A stretch of DNA of 64,000 bases from an uncultured Trueperaceae bacterium (GTDB taxonomy: Bacteria > Deinococcota > Deinococci > Deinococcales > Trueperaceae): NCBI GenBank assembly GCA_963799485.1, contig CAWCXJ010000001.1, positions 32,001-96,000 on the forward strand, written 5' to 3'. Every line of letters starts with the position of its first letter. Position 1 is the stretch's first letter. Below the pieces are notes generated by a model. It was not told where the DNA came from. It made no database searches and saw nothing but the letters and a program-made list of their open reading frames with translations. Position numbers and translations under genes: made by a program. Below, one piece after another: positions 1 through 9,201 of this stretch.

Positions 1-216
1 GGCGGTCGGGCGCAAAAAGGCGACACCATCGACCCCGGCGTCGGGGTGGTGCTACACGTGAAAGGCGGGGCCGAAGTGAGGCGCGGGGAGCCGCTGCTGA
101 CGCTTTATCACCGGGGTAGAGGCCTGGAAGACGCCGTAAAACTTTTGGAAGGTGCGGTCACACTATCGAAAACCCGGGCCGAAGCACCGCCGCTTTTTCT
201 GGACACGTCTGCTTGA
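1..216 (+). CDS. Pyrimidine-nucleoside/thymidine phosphorylase, C-terminal fragment (5' end outside the window)
   Basis: Frame 1 reads GGRAQKGDTIDPGVGVVLHVKGGAEVRRGEPLLTLYH...TSA*, matching the PYNP C-terminal motif GR...D.ID..VG......K.G..V..G.PL; TGA at 214-216. Confidence 0.8.
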   Translation, partial: GGRAQKGDTIDPGVGVVLHVKGGAEVRRGEPLLTLYHRGRGLEDAVKLLEGAVTLSKTRAEAPPLFLDTSA

Positions 217-219
217 ACC

Positions 220-609
220 ATGGGTGTGTTCTATCTGCCGCGAGAACTGCTGGAAGACGTCCGCGCACACGCCGCCGAAGCCGCGCCCGACGAATGCGTC
301 GGGCTGCTTTTGGGCTGCTCTGCTCGAGTTGACCGAGTTTTGCGGTTGACGAACGTTTCCCCGACGCCGCAAACCCGGTTTTTTGCCGACCCGCAAGCGC
401 TTTTTACGGCGCTTCAAGAGGCTGACCGGCGCGGTGAGCAGCTCTTGGGAAGCTATCATTCGCATCCCCAAACCGACGCGTTACCGTCTCTAAGCGACCT
501 CGCCGGGGCGCAGGGTAAAACCGTTCAGCTCATCGTCGGGCGGGACACGGTGAGGGTCTTCAGGCTTTACGGCGGGGTGGCGACGGAACTCGAGCTGAAG
601 CTGCTGTAA
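220..609 (+). CDS. JAB/MPN+ (JAMM, M67 family) metallopeptidase
   Basis: N-terminal Glu (PDECVGLL) and canonical H-x-H-x7-S-x2-D motif (YHSHPQTDALPSLSD). Confidence 0.88.
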   Translation: MGVFYLPRELLEDVRAHAAEAAPDECVGLLLGCSARVDRVLRLTNVSPTPQTRFFADPQALFTALQEADRRGEQLLGSYHSHPQTDALPSLSDLAGAQGKTVQLIVGRDTVRVFRLYGGVATELELKLL

Positions 610-627
610 GCTCGAGCCTAGGAGGAC

Positions 628-1257
628 TTGATGAAGGTCTTGGTCGCAGGTGCCAGCGGAAAAACGGGTCGGTTGGTCGTGGAAAAACTGCTGGCGCAAC
701 AACAAGAGGTGCGGGCGCTCGTGCGGCGTGAAGAGGCGGCGTTAGAACTAAAAGCGCTCGGCGCAGAAACCGTCGTCGCCGACCTGACCGGCGACGTTGC
801 CCACACTTTGACAGGCTGCGAAGCGGTCGTTTTCGCTGCCGGGGCCGGCATGAGCGGCGACCCCGAAGCGGTCGATTACCGGGGCGCAGTCAAACTCATC
901 GAGGCGGCGGCGGCGCAAGGTGTCTCCCGGTTCGTGATGGTTTCGTCGCTCGGGACGGGTTACGCGGAGCGGATGCCGGAAATGCTCAAGCCTTACTTGG
1001 GGGCCAAACGCAAAGCTGAAAAGGTGCTGGAGGAAAGTTCGCTCGACTACACCACCGTAAAACCGGGTGGCCTGACCGACGCCGACGGGACGGGCAAAGT
1101 TGCTGTTGCAGAGACGCTGGAGCAGAGCGGCATGATTTCTCGGGTCGATGTCGCAGAGATTGTCGCTGAAGTTTTGCTTAACGAGCTGGCTCTTAAAACG
1201 TCGTTCGAGGTCGTCAGTGGCGATACGCCCATCGCCGACGCGCTCGCTACGCTGTAG
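628..1257 (+). CDS. Atypical SDR / NAD(P)H-binding oxidoreductase
   Basis: VLVAGASGKTG Rossmann motif, YxxxK (YLGAK), RVDVA; RBS AGGAGG upstream. Confidence 0.85.
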   Translation: MMKVLVAGASGKTGRLVVEKLLAQQQEVRALVRREEAALELKALGAETVVADLTGDVAHTLTGCEAVVFAAGAGMSGDPEAVDYRGAVKLIEAAAAQGVSRFVMVSSLGTGYAERMPEMLKPYLGAKRKAEKVLEESSLDYTTVKPGGLTDADGTGKVAVAETLEQSGMISRVDVAEIVAEVLLNELALKTSFEVVSGDTPIADALATL

Positions 1258-1259
1258 CG

Positions 1260-2066
1260 GTGTTTAGCAAAACCCAACTCGACCGTTACAGCCGCCAGCT
1301 TATCCTGCCCGGTGTCGGCGCGGCGGGTCAGCAAAAGCTTTTAGACGCTCGAGTTCTGGTCGTCGGCGCGGGTGGGCTGGGGTCGCCGGTTCTTTTATAT
1401 CTGGCGGCGGCGGGCGTCGGGACGCTCGGCGTCGTGGATAACGACCGCGTAGAGCTGAGTAACCTTCAGCGGCAAGTTATCCACAGCGTTGAGACGTTGG
1501 GTGCTGAGAAGGTAGCGTCGGCTAAAGCGCGTGTGGCAGCACTCAACCCGGACGTGCTGGTCGTGACCCACCCCACCCGCTTGACCGCTGAGAACGCCGT
1601 AAAACTGCTCTCGCCGTATGACCTCATCATCGACGGTTCCGACAACCTGCCGACGCGCTACCTCGTTTCGGACGCGTGTGTGCTGCTCGGCAAACCGTTT
1701 TTGTACGGCGCGATGGCGCAGTTTGAAGGGCAAATGAGCCTGCTACACGCGGCGGCTGCGGGTATTACCGGCCCGTGTTACCGCTGCCTCTATCCGGAGC
1801 CGCCGCCCGCCGACACCGTGCTGAGCTGCGCCGAAGGCGGCGTGTTCGGGGCGTTACCCGGGGTTGTCGGCACTTTGATGGCGACCGAAACCATCAAACA
1901 TATCGTGGGTTTGGAGGCGAGCACTTCGGGCAAGCTGACACACTACGACGCGCTTTCCGGAACGTTTCAGAGTATCAAACTGAGGCGTAACCCGGCGTGC
2001 CCGAGTTGTGGCGAAGCGCCGAGTATTCAAACGTTGGGTGACGCAGAACCTTTTTGTAAAAGCTAG
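1260..2066 (+). CDS. moeB: MoeB/ThiF-family E1-like adenylyltransferase without a rhodanese domain
   Basis: RYSRQ, VVGAGGLGS, SNLQRQ, DGSDN, Zn-binding CYRC and CPSC, catalytic-loop Cys (SCAEGG). Confidence 0.85.
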   Translation: MFSKTQLDRYSRQLILPGVGAAGQQKLLDARVLVVGAGGLGSPVLLYLAAAGVGTLGVVDNDRVELSNLQRQVIHSVETLGAEKVASAKARVAALNPDVLVVTHPTRLTAENAVKLLSPYDLIIDGSDNLPTRYLVSDACVLLGKPFLYGAMAQFEGQMSLLHAAAAGITGPCYRCLYPEPPPADTVLSCAEGGVFGALPGVVGTLMATETIKHIVGLEASTSGKLTHYDALSGTFQSIKLRRNPACPSCGEAPSIQTLGDAEPFCKS

Positions 2067-2207
2067 CTTGTCTTAGTTTAGCGAGATACATTCGGCAACC
2101 CGGCCTATCAAATAGCGGGTAAATACACTACAGACGGCTGAAAGCGCCCTCGCTCACGTGGTAGCTTGGCCTAACCTGCCTTGAAGTGTCGAGGCTGGAG
2201 GTGAAAG

Positions 2208-3212
2208 ATGCACAAGATTTTGCTGATTCCCGGTGACGGGATTGGGCTCGAGGTCACGCCCGCCGCCGAAAAACTTTTGCGGGCGACCGGCTTGCCGTTG
2301 GAAATTAGCTACGCCGACGCCGGTTGGGACACCTTCCAAAAAACCGGTAACAGCGTTCCCGACGAGACCTTGGAAAAGGTCAAGGCCGCCGACGCGACGC
2401 TTGCCGGGGCGTTTACCAGCCCGAGCGGAAGCCAGAAAGTACCGGGGTTTCAGGGGGCGATTCGTTACATGCGCCGTACCCTTGAGCTTTTTGCAAACCT
2501 GCGTCCGGCAAAGTCGCGGCCTATTCCGGGCTCGCTCCAAAACGTCGATATGCTGATGGTGCGCGAAAACACCCAGGGGCTTTACGTCGAGCAAGAAAGG
2601 CGTTACGGCGACGTGGCGATTGCCGACTGTGTGATTACCAAAAGTGCGTCGGAACGGGTGGCGCGAGTAGCGCTCCAAGAGGCACAGAAGCGGCGGGGCG
2701 AGCTTGCCGTCATTCACAAGGCGAACGTGCTGCCGCTGACGACGGGGTTGTTTCTCGAGACCGCCTTGGAGGTTGCCCAAGCATTCCCGGATGTCCACGC
2801 TTTTGATGTCATCGTCGACGCCGCCGCCATGAAGCTCGTGCGCGACCCGCACAGCTTCGATGTGCTGGTGACAACCAACCTTTTCGGGGACATCTTGTCG
2901 GATTTGATGGCGGGGCTCGTCGGTGGTTTAGGGCTTGCGCCGAGCGCCAACCTAGGCGAGCAGCACGCGATTTTTGAACCCGTTCACGGCAGCGCCCCCG
3001 ACATTGCCGGACGCGGTATTGCCAATCCTGCCGCGATGTTTCTGACTGCTGCGATGATGTTAAACCACCTCGGCGAAACCGAAACCGCCGTAAAAATCGA
3101 CCGGGCGGTAGACGAAATTCTGGAAAACGGCCCACGTACCGGTGATTTGGGCGGGAAAGCGACGACAGACGAGTTTACGGGCGCGGTTATAGGTGCGTAC
3201 AGGCAGCTTTAG
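2208..3212 (+). CDS. Homoisocitrate dehydrogenase (alpha-aminoadipate lysine pathway, Thermus/Deinococcus type)
   Basis: [56 protein letters not shown]; closely resembles T. thermophilus HICDH as I recall it; RBS GGAGGT. Confidence 0.85.
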   Translation: MHKILLIPGDGIGLEVTPAAEKLLRATGLPLEISYADAGWDTFQKTGNSVPDETLEKVKAADATLAGAFTSPSGSQKVPGFQGAIRYMRRTLELFANLRPAKSRPIPGSLQNVDMLMVRENTQGLYVEQERRYGDVAIADCVITKSASERVARVALQEAQKRRGELAVIHKANVLPLTTGLFLETALEVAQAFPDVHAFDVIVDAAAMKLVRDPHSFDVLVTTNLFGDILSDLMAGLVGGLGLAPSANLGEQHAIFEPVHGSAPDIAGRGIANPAAMFLTAAMMLNHLGETETAVKIDRAVDEILENGPRTGDLGGKATTDEFTGAVIGAYRQL

Positions 3213-3301
3213 CAGTACGGTTTACACCTGTCTGATTTTCATCTAAGTGATTTCCAGCTTTTGCTCGAGGACATCCGCGAGCACCTTGCTGTGGTTTTCT
3301 A

Positions 3302-3367
3302 GAGGGTGTTTGAAAAACCCCCCTACTGATGTTTGAGTAGGGGGTGAATGATAAAACAAAAGCAGTA
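3302..3367. mobile_element. Possible orphan end of an IS5-family (IS1031-like) element
   Basis: GAGGGTGTTTGAAAA at 3302-3316 resembles IS5/IS1031-type terminal inverted repeats and is followed by hairpin CCCCCTACT..AGTAGGGGG; no partner end found. Confidence 0.35.
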
Positions 3368-4386
3368 GGCTCTTCCTGCGTTTCAAGGAGCTACCAGAAC
3401 CTCAATGAGGGACGGTAATAGTGCCCTACCCCGGCTCCTAACGTTGTGGACGAACTCGAAGAAGCCCAAATAGAGTGGCAACTTTTCTTGCGAGATGCCG
3501 CGATGGGAGCGAAGCCAAGAGCGCAGTAGCGACCAGAAGCCCTCAATGCTGTTGACATGCACCTCATGAAAGCCATCGCCATCTTGCGGGCATACTCACC
3601 GGCAGAGTGGTTGACGGCTTGGTGCTCGTATCCCCACTGCTCCAAGCGGTCATAGATGCAGTACTCGTCAGTGTAGATAAGGCTGCCCCTGGAAATGAAG
3701 CTTTTGATGAATGGCGCGATAGTCTTCTGCTTTACGTTGGCAAGCATCTTGATCACTACCTCACCGTTGCGTTGCAGCATCCCTAGCACAGGAGGCTTCT
3801 CCTTCTCAAGCGTGCCTCTTCCGCGGCTTCCTTTGAGTCTGCGCCTTCGTCCCTGACGCTCCTTGTTCTTGACCGCCTGAGCTTGTCCCTTGTGACCCGC
3901 AACGATATACACCTCATCGCACTCTACGGTTCCTAATAGCTCGACAGGCTTTTTTTCGCCACCACGCCCTCACGAAGCTGGCTGGTCATCTGCTGCACAT
4001 CATCCTCGTTCAAATCTAGCTCTTTGGCAATCTGCCGATTGGAGAGATTCAGACCCATGAAATACAGGCACAGCACCCATACCTTCAGCGGCTGATGATG
4101 GCCTTCAAAGACGGTATCGGTAAGATCGTCGAACCGAGCACAGCACCTTCCCTGACAAACGTAGCGTTGGCGATGCGGCTGGGTGCTGTGAAAGCCTCGC
4201 TTGATGATCCTCTCTGACCCGCAGCTTGGGCACTTCACCCCACCAGGCCAACGTAGCTTGCGCACTTCCTCGAAACACTTGGCGTCATCCACCAAGACCT
4301 GGATGTTCAGCATTCGTCGAGTCTAACGGTGATTCTGCCCGTGTTGCAACGGCTTTACATTACCTCCTTGGAATCCATTAAGAGCC
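3368..4386 (-). mobile_element. IS1595-family insertion sequence (about 1.02 kb)
   Basis: Imperfect 23-bp terminal inverted repeats (18/23 identical): GGCTCTTCCTGCGTTTCAAGGAG at 3368 and the reverse complement of CTCCTTGGAATCCATTAAGAGCC ending 4386; encloses a Zn-ribbon/HTH/DDE transposase; no target-site duplication. Confidence 0.88.
3383..4313 (-). pseudogene. IS1595 transposase split across three frames
   Basis: CPSC Zn ribbon plus HTH (3933-4313); -1 frame continues GTVECDEVY...IYTDEY...VNHSAGEYAR; a second shift near 3585 gives DGDGFHEVHVNSIEGFWSLLRSWLRPHRG, ending in TGA at 3383-3385. Confidence 0.8.
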
Positions 4387-4561
4387 AACTTGTTTACTGA
4401 CAGATTTCAGCAAGGCGCAGTGTTCATCTAACTGAGCCTTGCCGAATTTGCAGGTTACAAAGGTGCTACGCTGCGCGTTTTGACGAAACGGCAGCTTCGC
4501 TTTGCAAGGGCAGCAGTAAGGTGCTCGCTCGTTACTGCCTAAAGTGCCGCGCGCCGGGGGG

Positions 4562-5041
4562 TTACTCGAGGTTTACGTCCACCACCGTGTAATTCACCTG
4601 ATTTCGGCCCATTTTAAGTTTTACGTGGTCGCCGCTCCGCCGCCCCAGGAGTTCACGGCCCAAAGGCGACTCGTCCGAGATGCGGTTTTCTAAAATATCC
4701 GCCTCGTGTGTACCGACAAGCTGATAGGTGACTTGAGCGCCGCCTTCATCTTCCAGCACGAGGCTTGCGCCGAGCCGGGCGACCGCTTCCTCGCCGGCTC
4801 TGGCCTCGACCACGACGGCGCGGTGGATAATCTCCTCGAGGTCGGCGATGCGCGCTTCGTTGGCGCTCTGCTCCATCCGGGCCTCGTCGTAGGCGGCGCT
4901 TTCGCGGAGGTCGCCGTCGGCAATCGCAGTACCCATATTGTCTGAAATCTGCTGCCGTTTGACCTCGACTAGGTACCTGAGCTCTTCTTTGATCTTTTCA
5001 AACCCCTGCGGGGTCAGCTGTACGGGTTTTTTCGTCATCAC
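4562..5041 (-). CDS. greA: Transcription elongation factor GreA
   Basis: GDLRESAAYDEAR catalytic tip; ISDESPLGRELLG C-terminal domain motif. Confidence 0.9.
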   Translation of the reverse strand: MMTKKPVQLTPQGFEKIKEELRYLVEVKRQQISDNMGTAIADGDLRESAAYDEARMEQSANEARIADLEEIIHRAVVVEARAGEEAVARLGASLVLEDEGGAQVTYQLVGTHEADILENRISDESPLGRELLGRRSGDHVKLKMGRNQVNYTVVDVNLE

Positions 5042-5214
5042 GCAACCTTTCGTTCTCTGTAGGGTTCAAGCTCTGTCCAGTTTAGTGCATAGTTCAAAAC
5101 CTGTTGTGGCTTAGCCCATTATAAGGTGCGCGGGCGTCCTTGCCAAAGGCAGCGTACAGAACAGCTCGGTAGGGACGGCGTGTTATAAGATACCCGCCAT
5201 CAGGAGGCTGGGTT

Positions 5215-5679
5215 ATGACACGCGACATCAAGGTCACAAAAGAGGGGTTGGCGAGGCTCGAGGCGCAGCTTCAGGACGAACAGGGGCGCTTGGAAGAGGC
5301 GACGCACATCTTGCAAGAGCTGACTGTTTCGTCTAACGACTACGAAGATTCGGGGCTCGAGGACGCTCGCGTAGAAAAAGCACGGCTCGAGGCCCGTGTG
5401 GACGATCTCGAAGACCAGCTCCGCCGCGCCGTCGTGATCGCCGACTACGCGCGCACGCAAGTCGATTTAGGGTCGGTCGTCACGCTAAAAAGCGGCGCGG
5501 AAACCCTGCAAGTGCAGCTCGTATCACCCGTCGAGGCGGTTGTGACCGGCGACGACATCCCGCACATCTCGGACGCGTCGCCGCTCGGTCAGGCGCTTTT
5601 TGGGCGCAAGGTCGGCGAAACATTCACGCTTACGACGGGTCGCCGCAGCACCGACTACGAGGTCACGGAAATACGCTAA
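5215..5679 (+). CDS. gfh1: Gre-factor homologue Gfh1 (anti-cleavage factor)
   Basis: ILQELTVSSNDYEDSGLEDAR resembles Thermus Gfh1 (ILQELMESSDDYDDSGLEAAK); ISDASPLGQAL; RBS AGGAGG. Confidence 0.8.
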   Translation: MTRDIKVTKEGLARLEAQLQDEQGRLEEATHILQELTVSSNDYEDSGLEDARVEKARLEARVDDLEDQLRRAVVIADYARTQVDLGSVVTLKSGAETLQVQLVSPVEAVVTGDDIPHISDASPLGQALFGRKVGETFTLTTGRRSTDYEVTEIR

Positions 5680-5706
5680 GGAACGCTCAGGCAGGTAAGC
5701 TAAGGT

Positions 5707-7206
5707 ATGGAACGACCCGAACAGAAGTCTTTGTCTGAACAGCGCGAGCAGCGACTCCGAAACCTAGAGTCGCTGCGCGAGCGCGGTTTTGAGCCCTACC
5801 CTTATATGTACCGTCCAACGCATACCGCTGCCGAGTTGCACGCCGCGCACCCCAAAGAGGGGCTCGAGCCGGGTACGCACTTTGACGAAACCGTTACGGT
5901 GGCGGGCCGGGTGATGCTCCTGCGCGGGATGGGTAAGGCGAGCTTTGCGACCCTTCAGGACGCGTCGGGGCAGCTTCAGGCATACTTTCAAAAAGATGCG
6001 CTTACTGAGTACAACGCGCTCAAGAAGGTTGATCTAGGCGACTGGCTAGAGGTCTCCGGCCCGCTTTTCGTCACCAAAACCGGCGAACTGACGGTGCAGG
6101 CGACGGATTTTCGCCCGCTCGTCAAATCACTCCGCCCCTTGCCCGATAAATACCACGGTTTGACGGGCAAAGAAGCGCGTTACCGCCAGCGTCACCTCGA
6201 TCTGATGGTCTCGCCCGAGGTCAAACGGGCGTTTGTGCTGCGCTCCAAGGCGGTGTCGTTTATCCGGCGTTATTTAGATGATTTAGGCTTTCTCGAGGTC
6301 GAAACGCCCGTACTGCAAAGCGTTCCCGGGGGCGCGGAGGCGCGGCCTTTTGTCACGCATCACAACGCCCTCTCGCACGACTTTCACCTGCGAATATCCC
6401 TCGAGCTTTACCTCAAACGCCTGATTATCGGCGGTTTCGGTGCAGTGTACGAAATCGGGCGTAATTTTCGCAACGAGGGTGTCTCGCACAAGCACAACCC
6501 CGAATACACGATGCTGGAGCTTTACTGGGCGGGCCGCGATTATCTGGACATCTTGAAGTTGGTTGAGGAGCTGTATAGCAAGCTGATTCAGGCGCTGACC
6601 GGCTCCATGAAGCTCAGCTATCAGGGCACCGAACTCGACTTTACCCCGCCGTGGCCCCGCGTCGATTACACGTCTGAACTCGAAAAGCGCGCCGGCATGG
6701 ACTTCAGCCTGCTCGACGAAGCCAAGCTGCGGGCGTGGGTCGCTGAACAGCACCCGCCTAAAGACGGGGGAGAGGCGCTCTCCGAACGACCGCTCGGCGA
6801 AATATACAACAAGCTTTACGACATCTACCTCGAGCCGTACCTGGAGCAGCCCACCTTCGTCATGGATCACCCGCTCGCCATCAGCCCGCTCGCCAAAATC
6901 CACCGTTCCCGCCCCGGTTTAGTCGAGCGTTTCGAGCCGGTCTGCGCCGGGATGGAACTCGGGAACGCCTTTAGCGAACTCAACGACCCCATCGACCAAC
7001 GGGCGCGTTTTGAAGCGCAGCAAGCCCTGCGCGATGCGGGCGATGACGAGGCGCACCCCATAGACGAGGACTTTTTGGCGGCTTTGGAGTACGGGATGCC
7101 GCCGACGGGTGGTTTAGGACTCGGTATCGACCGTCTGGCGATGCTTTTAGCCGACGTACCGAGCATCCGCGACGTGATTTTGTTTCCGCTTCTGAAACCG
7201 GAGTAG
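5707..7206 (+). CDS. lysS: Lysine--tRNA ligase (class II)
   Basis: OB-fold N-terminus, PLPDKYHGL, RYRQRHLDL, FRNEGVSHKHNPEYT, GMPPTGGLGLGIDRL. Confidence 0.97.
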   Translation: MERPEQKSLSEQREQRLRNLESLRERGFEPYPYMYRPTHTAAELHAAHPKEGLEPGTHFDETVTVAGRVMLLRGMGKASFATLQDASGQLQAYFQKDALTEYNALKKVDLGDWLEVSGPLFVTKTGELTVQATDFRPLVKSLRPLPDKYHGLTGKEARYRQRHLDLMVSPEVKRAFVLRSKAVSFIRRYLDDLGFLEVETPVLQSVPGGAEARPFVTHHNALSHDFHLRISLELYLKRLIIGGFGAVYEIGRNFRNEGVSHKHNPEYTMLELYWAGRDYLDILKLVEELYSKLIQALTGSMKLSYQGTELDFTPPWPRVDYTSELEKRAGMDFSLLDEAKLRAWVAEQHPPKDGGEALSERPLGEIYNKLYDIYLEPYLEQPTFVMDHPLAISPLAKIHRSRPGLVERFEPVCAGMELGNAFSELNDPIDQRARFEAQQALRDAGDDEAHPIDEDFLAALEYGMPPTGGLGLGIDRLAMLLADVPSIRDVILFPLLKPE

Positions 7207-7493
7207 GGGTGTTTCTTGCGCCTCTCACAGTACCGAGACCATACCGAAACACAGTACCGAGAGGCTGCAACCGAACGTACAGCTTGTGCCCGTAAACCGT
7301 TTGGGCCGAGATAAAGTCGGGTTCAAGCTACTTCGGTTTACCCCGCCCTGACTGGCTCGCCTTGCCGGATGTACTAAGTTCTTGGATATAGGCGTCGCCC
7401 GAGGATAACCCGCTTGGCGCGAACATGCTGACCCACCGCTTTTTCAGTGGTGCTAGACCAAGGCTCCGGCAAAGCATCGACGCCGCCTATGCC

Positions 7494-7531
7494 AAAAAAA
7501 GAGGTGGGGCGCGAAGCCCCACCTCTTTTTA
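7494..7531. terminator. Bidirectional intrinsic terminator
   Basis: A-tract, GAGGTGGGGC-GCGAA-GCCCCACCTC stem-loop, T-tract, between convergent genes. Confidence 0.85.
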
Positions 7532-7586
7532 TCTCGGTTCACTATCTTGTTGTGCTGGCCTCTTGTTACGTTAGCCGTACCTTACG

Positions 7587-8579
7587 CTAGCGGTACCGGG
7601 CGAACTCCGAGTGGCGCTTGAACCAGTCGGCGCGGGCTTTTTCCCAGACGCGCTTGTCGGTCGTAATCTTAAAGCACGAAGAGCTGTTGCGCTTAAGGTA
7701 GTTGAGGTAGCGCTTGTCCCCACCGGTGTAGACGATGGTGTTGTTCCGGCATGAACCACCGTTAAGAACCTTGCGTTCGATCTTGCCACCGTCGCGGTTG
7801 GGCAGATAAAAGACGTTGTTGCTCAGGTTCAGCTTGCAGTAGTTTTTGCCTCTGGTCGTGACTTTGAGGAGGTCGTTGCTACGCCCTTTAAGTGAGATGA
7901 GGCTGTTTTTGACGTTGAAGTTGTACATGCGAATTTTGGTGTAGCTTTTACCTTCGCGGCGGCAAGACAACCCGGTAAACGCGCTGTCTACCAAGATATT
8001 GTCGACTGTACCGTCGTTGAAGCGGTCGTTTTCGACGCCGTCGTCGCCGGCGCGACCGACATAAGAATGTTCGATGCGAAAGTTTTGGTTTTTCTGCTTG
8101 ATCGAAAAACCGTCTCCGACGATTTTACCACCTACACCTACCGCGACGTTTTGAACAGTCAGGTTTTGATTGTCCGCAAAGTACAGCCCGTGGCTCGAGT
8201 GCGATTTGCTCCACGAAGCCGAGACGCTCATGTTGGCACCGTAGGTTCCACCTGAAATGCACAGAAACCCACGGTTGTAGCTACCGACGAAGGGATTCTT
8301 GTTGTCCCGAACCGTTACGCCGCGACCATCGACAATGACGTTACGCTGTCTAAAAACACGTCCCCGCTGGTTGTTTTTCAGTTTGATCTTTTTGCCACTG
8401 CGGTTAAGGCAGCTGTTCGCCTGAGGCGCAAGCTCGGGTTGCGAAGGTGCAAGCTCGGGTTGCGTCGGTACATCGGCGTTGAGGACGCTGCTACAAGCTG
8501 CCAGCAGTAGTGTGGCAGAAACCGCAAGATATTTAACCCAGCCCCTGGCGCGCGTTACTTCAGGTGTACGATTCGTCAT
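7587..8579 (-). CDS. Putative lipoprotein with a right-handed beta-helix (pectin-lyase-like) domain
   Basis: ATG at 8579 after RBS-like AAGGA; lipobox LLLAAC; repeated beta-helix-like rungs (NLTVQNV, NFRIEHSYV, DDGVENDR, FNVKNSLI, LNLSNNVF). Confidence 0.55.
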   Translation of the reverse strand: MTNRTPEVTRARGWVKYLAVSATLLLAACSSVLNADVPTQPELAPSQPELAPQANSCLNRSGKKIKLKNNQRGRVFRQRNVIVDGRGVTVRDNKNPFVGSYNRGFLCISGGTYGANMSVSASWSKSHSSHGLYFADNQNLTVQNVAVGVGGKIVGDGFSIKQKNQNFRIEHSYVGRAGDDGVENDRFNDGTVDNILVDSAFTGLSCRREGKSYTKIRMYNFNVKNSLISLKGRSNDLLKVTTRGKNYCKLNLSNNVFYLPNRDGGKIERKVLNGGSCRNNTIVYTGGDKRYLNYLKRNSSSCFKITTDKRVWEKARADWFKRHSEFARYR

Positions 8580-9201
8580 ATTCAATATCCTTTTCCTCTC
8601 CGCTACCCTTGACGCACGTTTAACCCGTGCGCTTCGAACCAGCATCGATTGGGGAGACTTTTGTGCAGCAAAGGCCGACCGATCTGCCGATACTCTGCTC
8701 GCACGTTGTTCGATTCCGGTTGAGGGGAGGCCATCCGCTCAACACCTGTACGAACGTATCGTATGCTTTTATGAAGATTATTAAGTCTATATGGCAATTA
8801 TATGAAATTTGACCCAATAACTTTTCATCATACCAAGCACTAAGGCCGACGACCAACCAACTTCGTGGAACGTGCAATCGTTCGGAAATGTCCTCATTTT
8901 AGCGTGTTCGGACGCTGTTGTTACAGCTAATGTGGTTTCCTTGGTAGCAAAATGCTGGCGAGACCGGTAACAGAAACGCCAGCAGCGGGACTCGCAAACA
9001 GCCAACTTCAAGTCGCTCCGATTGCACCTTTGGTCAATCTACAGTTGTCCGCAACCTCTGGACTCCGGTCTTTTAGAGCTTGCCTGTAAGCTGACGACCG
9101 CTGCCTAAAGCTTAAAGCTGTATCCCTCGGACGTACGACGTACTCCCGGCACTGTACGGCTCACGTCGCGCGTTTTTACGGGGCGGTTTATGCTTGAGCG
9201 T

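Noticed and set aside
220..2066. JAB plus E1 as a CBASS/Bil-type antiphage system
   Set aside because: No E2 domain, cyclase or effector; the E1 is a classical MoeB in a housekeeping context.
2067..2207. Possible lysine riboswitch upstream of the homoisocitrate dehydrogenase gene
   Set aside because: Too short and lacks recognisable L-box conserved elements.
7226..7262. Short direct repeats here and near 21636-21697 as a mini-CRISPR
   Set aside because: Only two short copies each, no unique spacers of regular length and no cas genes.
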